Below are positions 43,699 to 51,059 of a DNA stretch of 64,000 nt, piece by piece; position 1 is the first letter of the stretch; each line of letters opens with the position of its first letter. Location of the stretch: assembly GCA_020636955.1 (NCBI GenBank), contig JACJWY010000010.1:20716-84715 (forward strand). The letters are read 5' to 3'. The notes beneath the pieces are model-generated. The model was not told where the DNA came from and did not search any database. It saw nothing but the letters and a program-made list of their open reading frames with translations. Made by a program: the position numbers and the translations under genes. The stretch is from Thermoleophilales bacterium (GTDB lineage Bacteria; Actinomycetota; Thermoleophilia; Solirubrobacterales; 70-9).

Positions 43699-43704
43699 AG
43701 GGTA
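43699..43704 (-). promoter_or_regulatory. Candidate -10 hexamer TACCCT, 6 nt upstream of the proA ATG
   Basis: The minus strand reads CAGGTACCCTTGTCCAATG. Confidence 0.4.
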
Positions 43705-43779
43705 CCTGCTCGACGGTCCGGTCTTGACCTGGAGCGAGGCCGGCGTTAGCTTGGGATTGTCAGCTGCTACGGGGGAAGC

Positions 43780-45516
43780 ATGCGATTCGCTGGACACAAT
43801 TCAAAGGTCTCGACCAGGCCAGCCATTCCCGGGCTGATCATCCTGGTTGCCTTTTTGGCCCTGCTTTTCGGCGGCAATTTGACGAAGGCTTCAGCCGGGA
43901 TGCTCGTGCCGAGATTCGCCGCCGACCTCTCACCCGGTCCGAGCAGTTCGAATCCCTACGAATTTTTCGACTTGGATGGCAAGCTGTTTTTCAACGCAGA
44001 GATCGACCGCGGCGTTGAGCCCTATTTCTCGCCTGATGGCAAGTCCTTCCGGTTGATCAAGGACGTGGCAGCGGGGCCGGACGACTCGGACCCAAGCTCT
44101 CCGGTGAGGCTCGGAGACCAGCTTTTCTTCCTCGCATACGAGGAAGCAACGGGCTACGAACTGCACAAGACAGACGGTAATTCGGTGTCCCTGGTGAGTG
44201 ATCTCAGCCCGGGACCGGGAGATCCCCAGATCTCGGAAATGACCGTGTTGGGAAACATGATCTATTTCGTCGCCGAAACCCCGGCCACCGGTCGTGAACT
44301 TTGGAAGACCGACGGCAACACCATGGCCATCGTCCAGGATCTCGAGCCGGGTGCGGCCGGCTCCTACCCGGAAGATCTGACTTTATTCAACGGCCAGCTC
44401 TATTTCCGGGCCACCACCTCGGTGACCGGCAGTGAACTGTTTCGCAGCGACGGTAATTCGATCAGCCTGGTGAGCGACGTGGAGCCGGGAGCGAACGGCA
44501 GCTCACCTGATGATCTTGCGGTCCTGGGATCGCATCTCTACTTCAGTGCCTACAAGACCGGGCCGTCACGCGAACTCTGGCGAACGGACGGCACCACAAC
44601 GGCACTCTGGACGGACATCTTCCCGGGAGCCGGATACGGATCACCCAGCAGACTCGTTGCTTCCGGCGGGCGCCTGTTCATGGAGGCAGACGACGGGGTC
44701 CACGGCGACGAACTCTTCTCGACCGATGGAGTGAACCCGGCGACGCTGGTCGCTGACATTGCTCCCGGCAGCGACAATTCCGACCCCGGGGAAATCACCC
44801 CCTTCGATGACGGACGGGTGATCCTGACCGCGGAAGACCCGACCCACGGCGAGGAACCGTGGCTCGCCGACGGATCCGGCGCAGACTTTCTCGGTGACAT
44901 CTGGCCCGGCAGCGACGGCTCCGGCGCCCGGGACTTTTTCATTCGGGACGGCTACGCCTATTTCAACGCCAACCGGATTGACATCGGCCGGGAACTGTTC
45001 GCCACAAACGGATCGGGTGTCACCCTGGTCAGGGACATCCTGCCCGGCACCGACGGTTCATCGCCGGGCTGGTTTACTCCCTATCGCGACCACACCATCT
45101 TTCAGGCCGATGACGGAATTCACGGACGGGAACTCTGGAAACTCGTTCCGCCCGACCGCAGCGTGACGATCGGGACGGCCGCAAAGCTCAGGTTCAGGCC
45201 GAGCGGAAGGGCGGATCTGCTCCTGAAATGTCCGGCCGCCGAGGAGAGCGGACCCTGCACGGGCAGGTTTTCGCTGACCACGGCCGCCAGGGTCAGGTTC
45301 GGGGGAAGCAAACGGGTGGTGGCCCTGGCGAAGGGCTCGTTCAACGCGGCCGCCGGAAGCGCAGATCAGTACCGGGTAAGACTGAAACCGCTTCAAAGGA
45401 GACTGCTCAAGAGGGTTCCGAAAGCCCGAAACCTGCTCCTCAAGGCAAGAGTGAGTGACAAGGCCGGCAACCAAGCCCGGGTCAATCTCCCGGTCAGGGC
45501 GGTGATGCCGAAATGA
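43780..45516 (+). CDS. Secreted ELWxxDGT-repeat protein (about 8-9 propeller-like repeats of ~48 aa) with a basic Cys-pair C-terminal module
   Basis: GGGGGAAG precedes the ATG, and a signal/TM segment GLIILVAFLALLFGG follows. Repeats include YELHKTDGN, RELWKTDGN, SELFRSDGN, RELWRTDGT, DELFSTDG, EEPWLADG, RELFATNG. Confidence 0.82.
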   Translation: MRFAGHNSKVSTRPAIPGLIILVAFLALLFGGNLTKASAGMLVPRFAADLSPGPSSSNPYEFFDLDGKLFFNAEIDRGVEPYFSPDGKSFRLIKDVAAGPDDSDPSSPVRLGDQLFFLAYEEATGYELHKTDGNSVSLVSDLSPGPGDPQISEMTVLGNMIYFVAETPATGRELWKTDGNTMAIVQDLEPGAAGSYPEDLTLFNGQLYFRATTSVTGSELFRSDGNSISLVSDVEPGANGSSPDDLAVLGSHLYFSAYKTGPSRELWRTDGTTTALWTDIFPGAGYGSPSRLVASGGRLFMEADDGVHGDELFSTDGVNPATLVADIAPGSDNSDPGEITPFDDGRVILTAEDPTHGEEPWLADGSGADFLGDIWPGSDGSGARDFFIRDGYAYFNANRIDIGRELFATNGSGVTLVRDILPGTDGSSPGWFTPYRDHTIFQADDGIHGRELWKLVPPDRSVTIGTAAKLRFRPSGRADLLLKCPAAEESGPCTGRFSLTTAARVRFGGSKRVVALAKGSFNAAAGSADQYRVRLKPLQRRLLKRVPKARNLLLKARVSDKAGNQARVNLPVRAVMPK

Positions 45517-47204
45517 AGAAGATCGCCGCATGGCTGGCCACGGTCGCGCTGGGACTTTCCTGCCTCGCGTGTTACGCCGGCTCGGCCACCGCAGCAAAGC
45601 CGCAGGCGGACCTGTTTCAGGATGTAAACGCAGGGCCAAGTGGCTCGTATCCCGAAGCCTTCATCCCCTTTGGCGACGGATTGTTCACTTCGGTCCAGAA
45701 TGGCTCGACCGGATTCGAGCCTTCGATCGTCGAAGGGGGACGGTTGCGCCTGATTACCGATATCTGGCCCGGACTTGAACCCTCCGACCCGGGACCCGGG
45801 GTCGAACTCGGCGGAATGATGTACTTCGCGGCCGATGATGAAGCCCATGGTCGGGAGTTGTGGCGCACCGAGGGGACCACGACTGAGCTCGTCCTCGACA
45901 TCAACCCCGGCCCGGGCAGCTCGAGCCCCGATGAACTGACCGTGGCAGGAGGTCGCGCCTTCTTTTCGGCGACCGACCCGACTCATGGCCGGGAGCTCTG
46001 GCAGGTAAACGGTGGCACCGCGAGCCTGGTCATGGACATCTATCCCGGCGCGATCGCGTCCGGGCCATCGTCTCTCACCGGTTTCCTTGACAAGGCCTAT
46101 TTCGCCGCCTATTCCCCGGCCGACGGCAATGAACTCTGGTCAAGTGACGGCACGGTCACCGCCGAAGTCAGCAATCTCTCTCCGCTGAGCAGCAGTTCCA
46201 ACCCGAGTGACCTCACGGTGGCCGGCAGCAACCTCTACATGGCTGCGACGGACAACGTCCACGGCTATGAGCTCTTCAAGTCCAGTGGCGGCCCCGTGAC
46301 CCTGACTACCGACCTCGAGCCAGGCATCGGTTCATCCTCGCCGACAAACCTCCACAGGTTCGGCAACCGGCTTCTTTTCCGGGCCTTTCAGACCGGGGCC
46401 GGCACCGAGCCGTGGATCTCGGACGGGACCACCAGCAGTCGGCTGGCCGACATCGTGCCCGGGCCCGAATCGTCGTTTCCGGGGAATTTCGTCGAAATGG
46501 GTGGCCAGGCGTATTTCACGGCTTTCAACGAGGCCGACGGTTCCGAGATCTACCGGACCGACGGTTCCGCAGCGACCCTGGCCGGCCCGCTGATTCCCGG
46601 GGACGGCGGCAGCGTCTACGGATTGAAGGTGATCGACGGAGTGATCTACTTCAGTGCCTATACCCCCGAAAACGGATCGGAGCCCTGGCTGTTTGACGGA
46701 ACCAGCGCCTACATGGTGCGGGACGTCCTGCCTGGTCCGGAAGGATCAATTCCGGTCGCTTTCACGAAACTGGGTGATTCGGTGATCTTCGGTGCCGACG
46801 ACGGCATTCACGGCGGGGAGCCCTGGGTAATTCATCCCGATCGGGAGGTCAAACTTCGACTGCTCGGCTCGAGGGCCGGGGTATCGCGCAAGGGATATGC
46901 CGCGCTCAGGCTCTCCTGTCCCGCAAGCGAGCCGAACGGGCCCTGCGTCTCGAAGATCACCGTAACCACCCGAAAGCCTGTCCGGGTCGGCAAGAAGCGC
47001 CGGAGAGTGATGCTGTCGAAGAAATCGATTCAGGTGATTGCCGGCAACACGGGTACCGCCCGGATCACCTTTTCCAGGAAGCACATCGGCCTGCTTTCGA
47101 GGTCCTCGGCGGCCCGCAAGGTTCTGGTCAGGATCCGGGTGAATGACTACGCCGGCAACAGGCAGACGATCACCAGGAAGTTCAAGCTCGGAAGGCCCGC
47201 CTAG
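45513..47204 (+). CDS. Secreted ELWxxDGT-repeat protein, tandem paralog, with the same C-terminal module
   Basis: Its start overlaps the upstream stop as ATGA. Signal peptide is MKKIAAWLATVALGLSCLACYAGSATA. Repeats include RELWRTEGT, RELWQVNGG, NELWSSDGT, YELFKSSGG, TEPWISDGT, SEIYRTDGS, SEPWLFDGT. Confidence 0.82.
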   Translation: MKKIAAWLATVALGLSCLACYAGSATAAKPQADLFQDVNAGPSGSYPEAFIPFGDGLFTSVQNGSTGFEPSIVEGGRLRLITDIWPGLEPSDPGPGVELGGMMYFAADDEAHGRELWRTEGTTTELVLDINPGPGSSSPDELTVAGGRAFFSATDPTHGRELWQVNGGTASLVMDIYPGAIASGPSSLTGFLDKAYFAAYSPADGNELWSSDGTVTAEVSNLSPLSSSSNPSDLTVAGSNLYMAATDNVHGYELFKSSGGPVTLTTDLEPGIGSSSPTNLHRFGNRLLFRAFQTGAGTEPWISDGTTSSRLADIVPGPESSFPGNFVEMGGQAYFTAFNEADGSEIYRTDGSAATLAGPLIPGDGGSVYGLKVIDGVIYFSAYTPENGSEPWLFDGTSAYMVRDVLPGPEGSIPVAFTKLGDSVIFGADDGIHGGEPWVIHPDREVKLRLLGSRAGVSRKGYAALRLSCPASEPNGPCVSKITVTTRKPVRVGKKRRRVMLSKKSIQVIAGNTGTARITFSRKHIGLLSRSSAARKVLVRIRVNDYAGNRQTITRKFKLGRPA

Positions 47205-47219
47205 GTGTAGTTCCTAGGC
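47199..47219. terminator. 7-bp hairpin GCCTAGG-N7-CCTAGGC containing both convergent stop codons (ELW paralog TAG and proB TAG)
   Basis: Read directly. The gap between the two convergent genes is only 9 nt. Confidence 0.4.
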
Positions 47220-48329
47220 AAGCACGAAGTAGTCGCGGTGGATCAGTTCCTCTGCCGCATGCGGCATGAGTTCGAGCACTTCGGTGCTCTTCATCCCCCG
47301 GATTCGTTCGGTCTCGCCGGATGAGTAATTGGCAATTCCCTTGCCGATCACCGACCCTCCGGCTACCACCTCGACCGCGTCTCCGGCCTCGAAGGCACCC
47401 TCGACGCCGGTCACGCCGACCGGTAACAGGCTGGATCCGCTCTTCCTCAGCACATTCGCCGCACCTTCGTCGACCAGGATCCGGCCGGCCACTGGTTTCG
47501 CATGCCGGAGCCACTGTTTGAAGGCCGGCGCGTCGCTCGCCAGCGCCCGGAAGGCGGTTCCCGCGGGTTCACCGGCAGCTGCGAGGCCGAGGTTTCCGTC
47601 GACGGTTCCGTTGCAGATCCTCACTTCGATCCCCGATCCGCTTGCCATTTCCGCAGCGGCAACCTTGCTGCGCATGCCGCCGGTGCCGAAGACCGAGGTC
47701 CGGTCCCCTATCTCCAGCGACACCAGATCGGCCGGACCCGACACCTCTTCGATCATGGTCGCGTCCGGATGCGTTGCCGGGTCCGCGTCGTAGACACCAT
47801 CGGTGTTGGTCAACAGGACCAGCAGCCGTGCCTCCAGCATGATTGCCACCTGTGCTGCGAGGAAATCATTGTCGCCGAAGGTAATTTCGTCGGTTGCGGT
47901 GGTGTCGTTTTCGTTGATCACCGGCACCACGCCCCAGTCGAGCAGACGCCGGAGAGTCTGGCGGGCGTTCACATAGCTGGTCCGGCTGGCGACGTCGGAT
48001 GCGGTGAGCAGGACCTGGGCGGCGGCGACCTCACCGGCTTCGAGCCTGGTCTCGTATTCGCGGAAGAGCGATCCCTGGCCTACGGCCGATGCGGCCTGAA
48101 GCTCGTCGATCGCGCGGGGGCGGGCCTGGAGCCCGAGCAGGCGAATTCCCCTCGCAATCGATCCCGAGGTGACCATTACCAGCGGTTCTCCACCCCGCCT
48201 CAGCGCCGCCGCCTGCGAGCAGACGGAATCGAGCACTTCAGAGCGCAAGCTTCCATCATCAGCGGAAACGATCGAAGAACCTAGTTTCACTACAAGGGTC
48301 ATTGCGCCAACAAGCCTAGGACTTATCAA
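47214..48329 (-). CDS. proB: Glutamate 5-kinase (with PUA domain)
   Basis: VVKLGSSIV N-terminal motif, an amino-acid kinase fold and a C-terminal PUA domain are present. The start may be the Met at 48302. Confidence 0.95.
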   Translation of the reverse strand: MISPRLVGAMTLVVKLGSSIVSADDGSLRSEVLDSVCSQAAALRRGGEPLVMVTSGSIARGIRLLGLQARPRAIDELQAASAVGQGSLFREYETRLEAGEVAAAQVLLTASDVASRTSYVNARQTLRRLLDWGVVPVINENDTTATDEITFGDNDFLAAQVAIMLEARLLVLLTNTDGVYDADPATHPDATMIEEVSGPADLVSLEIGDRTSVFGTGGMRSKVAAAEMASGSGIEVRICNGTVDGNLGLAAAGEPAGTAFRALASDAPAFKQWLRHAKPVAGRILVDEGAANVLRKSGSSLLPVGVTGVEGAFEAGDAVEVVAGGSVIGKGIANYSSGETERIRGMKSTEVLELMPHAAEELIHRDYFVLA

Positions 48330-49618
48330 TAAAGCTCGAATTCGAGCTCTCCGACCCGAATTTCATCTCCCGACTCGAAGCCGGCCCGTTTGAGCTCCGC
48401 CATGACTCCGATCTCGGCGAGGCGGGTTTCGAGATAGGCGAGAGCTTCCTCGTTGTTGGTGTCGAAGCGCTCGAAGAGAACCTCGATGCCGTGACCGTGG
48501 ATGCGGAAGGCACCGTCATCTTCACGTTCGACCGAATATCCGTCCTCGCCCCTGGGCCGATAGGTGAGGTGCTCGGCCTCGAAATCGACCTCGACCCCGC
48601 CGGCAGAGGCGACTACCGGAGCCTCGACCTGGGCCGGGACGAAACGGACGATGGCTTCCCTGAGTTTGTCGAGTCCCGCTCCCGTGGCCGACGACACGGG
48701 AATGATTCCAAGTACCGATCCGCCGAGTTCACGATCCCATTCCTCGAGATGATCAGCCATGTCTTCGGCCGTCCAGAGATCCGACTTCGAAAGCACCAGC
48801 AGTTCGGGCAGATCCTCAAGCCCGGTGCTCCTCGCGGCCAGCTCCGAGCGCACTGTCCGGTAATTGGCCAGCGGCTCGCCTTCCGAGGGGGCAAGCTCCA
48901 CCACATGGACGAGCATTGCGCAGCGCTCGACATGGGCCAGAAATTCGTGCCCGAGCCCGGCTCCTTCGGCGGCCCCTTCGATCAGTCCGGGGATGTCGGC
49001 GAGCACAACCTGCCGGTCCGGAGTCTCGATCGTTCCGAGCACCGGCTCGAGAGTCGTGAATGGATAGTCGGCAACCTTCGGATCGGCCCTGGTCAACCGG
49101 GCCAGGAGTGAGCTCTTGCCCGCGTTCGGCAGTCCGATCAATCCGACGTCGGCGAGCATCTTCAGTCGCAGATCGACCCAGCCGGATTCACCGGTTGTGC
49201 CGTTCTCGGCGAACCTGGGTGCCTGCCTGACCGAAGTGGAAAATCGCTTGTTGCCGTGGCCTCCCCGGCCGCCCCTGGCCAGCACCGCCACCTGTCCGGG
49301 TTGGGTCAGGTCGATCAACGTGCCGTCGACCGAGGTCGCCTGGGTTCCCGGGGGCACCGGAATCACGGTGTCCTCGCCCCTCGCGCCCTGCTTGTTTGCC
49401 CCCTCTCCATGATGGCCGCGTTCGGCCCGGAAGTGCTTCGACCTGAGCGCCCCCAGGTCGCGCCGGGAGGGATCACAACGGAGCAGAACTCCGCCACCGT
49501 GACCACCGTCACCGCCGTCAGGTCCACCGCGGGGAACATGGGCCTCCCGCCGGAAGGAGATGCAGCCGTTGCCACCGGACCCGCCCTCCACGAAGATCTT
49601 CGCCTTGTCGTAAAGCAC
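48326..49618 (-). CDS. obg: GTPase ObgE/CgtA
   Basis: Gly-rich Obg fold (GGSGGNGCISFRRE), G1 motif GLPNAGKSSLL and a C-terminal OCT domain. GTG start at 49618. Confidence 0.97.
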   Translation of the reverse strand: MLYDKAKIFVEGGSGGNGCISFRREAHVPRGGPDGGDGGHGGGVLLRCDPSRRDLGALRSKHFRAERGHHGEGANKQGARGEDTVIPVPPGTQATSVDGTLIDLTQPGQVAVLARGGRGGHGNKRFSTSVRQAPRFAENGTTGESGWVDLRLKMLADVGLIGLPNAGKSSLLARLTRADPKVADYPFTTLEPVLGTIETPDRQVVLADIPGLIEGAAEGAGLGHEFLAHVERCAMLVHVVELAPSEGEPLANYRTVRSELAARSTGLEDLPELLVLSKSDLWTAEDMADHLEEWDRELGGSVLGIIPVSSATGAGLDKLREAIVRFVPAQVEAPVVASAGGVEVDFEAEHLTYRPRGEDGYSVEREDDGAFRIHGHGIEVLFERFDTNNEEALAYLETRLAEIGVMAELKRAGFESGDEIRVGELEFELY

Positions 49619-49622
49619 CCGC

Positions 49623-51059
49623 CTAGGGTACGGAGATGGGTCCCGGCAGGTGCCCGAGCTCGCTCTTGCGGGCCGACACCTGAGGCTTTTCCGGCAGGTA
49701 CACGCTCATCGCACCCAGCATGAGGCCGAGCAGCATGACGACGGAAGACATATGCCAGGGCCAGTCGACCAGGGCGGAAAGGACTATGGCCAGCGCTCCC
49801 GGTGCCAGCACCACTGCTTCCGGCACGGTTCTCCCCCGCCAGCATGCGACGACAACCGAAGCGATCATCGCGATCGTGAGCAGCAGTCCGGCGATCCCGA
49901 CCTCGACCCAGTACTCGAGGACCAGGTTGTGCGCGAAGAGAGTTCGGCTTGTCAGCTCCTGTTGCTGTTCGAAGGAGGCGGCGGAAAACGAATCCGCACC
50001 GGTCCCGGCAACCGGCCTGTCCATGGCCGCGTCAATCGCCGCACTTGCCAGTTCACCCCTTCCATGGAGGAAGCCGTCGTCGGGGGCATCAAGCAGCCGG
50101 AAGCCGACCATGGCCACTGCAAGGATCGCAGCAAGAAAGTAGATGCGAAGGGCAGCGGCGGGTCCGACCGGCCTGAAGGTCCCGGTCGCCAGCCATCCGG
50201 CCGGCAGCGAAAGAGCGGCGATGACCAGCAGCATCACCCTTGCGCCGCCCTGGTCCACTCCCCCGACTCCCGGGAATGAACCCATCGCCAGCAAGGAAAC
50301 GACGATCGCGCAAAGCAGGCCGGGCAGGATCCGGATCGCCCGGGGGCGGTCCATCCCGACCGACAGCTCCGGCTTCCAGAGAGCGAGCAGGAGGATCAGA
50401 CAGGCGGCCAGCTGGGCGAAAACACTGGCCGAGATGGCAATCAGCACCACCGCCTGACCCAGCCACGCCAAAGCGAGGACCTTGACGACGCGACCGCTCC
50501 CCGCGTGGTTACCGGCTCGGGATATGCCCCGGGCCAGAGGCAACAGCGCGACCGTCTGGACCAGTGCGAGCGCGTTCGGATATTCGAAGGGACCGCCCGG
50601 ACGCCAGTTTCCGTCGAGGAATTGTGAGGTCGGATGAAGTTCCAGCCCCACCGAAACGATTCCGACCGCACCACTTGCGATTGCCACCAGGGAGATGATC
50701 AGGCATACCGCGCCGATTCCGAGGCGACTGGCGAGAGCCGCGCCGGCGGGCGCAAAGGCAACCGCCGCGAGGGTGACCATCCCCGCCGAAAGGCTCTCGC
50801 CCGAAGCGAGAATCGACCAGAACTCACTCGCGATCTGAAGCAGGGCCATCAAGACGAGCAACAGGACGGGAACCAGGCGAAGCGAACGAACGGCGGCCCG
50901 ATCATCGACCCGCAGCGCAAGCAGGACACTCAGGCCCGCCCCGAAAATCAGGTAATGGCTACCCTCGTGTTCAAATCCTCCCTGCGAAAAGAGGACAAGA
51001 AAGAACGTGACAGTGACGACGGTCCACAGAGGAACCGCGCCACTGTCACGCAGGCCCAT
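49623..51059 (-). CDS. O-antigen ligase / Wzy_C-family polytopic membrane protein
   Basis: 478 aa with 10 or more TM segments. The family-typical segment is FAHNLVLEYWVEVGIAGLLL, which follows a large loop. Its ATG directly abuts the upstream TGA, and it ends 4 nt before the obg start. Confidence 0.72.
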   Translation of the reverse strand: MGLRDSGAVPLWTVVTVTFFLVLFSQGGFEHEGSHYLIFGAGLSVLLALRVDDRAAVRSLRLVPVLLLVLMALLQIASEFWSILASGESLSAGMVTLAAVAFAPAGAALASRLGIGAVCLIISLVAIASGAVGIVSVGLELHPTSQFLDGNWRPGGPFEYPNALALVQTVALLPLARGISRAGNHAGSGRVVKVLALAWLGQAVVLIAISASVFAQLAACLILLLALWKPELSVGMDRPRAIRILPGLLCAIVVSLLAMGSFPGVGGVDQGGARVMLLVIAALSLPAGWLATGTFRPVGPAAALRIYFLAAILAVAMVGFRLLDAPDDGFLHGRGELASAAIDAAMDRPVAGTGADSFSAASFEQQQELTSRTLFAHNLVLEYWVEVGIAGLLLTIAMIASVVVACWRGRTVPEAVVLAPGALAIVLSALVDWPWHMSSVVMLLGLMLGAMSVYLPEKPQVSARKSELGHLPGPISVP

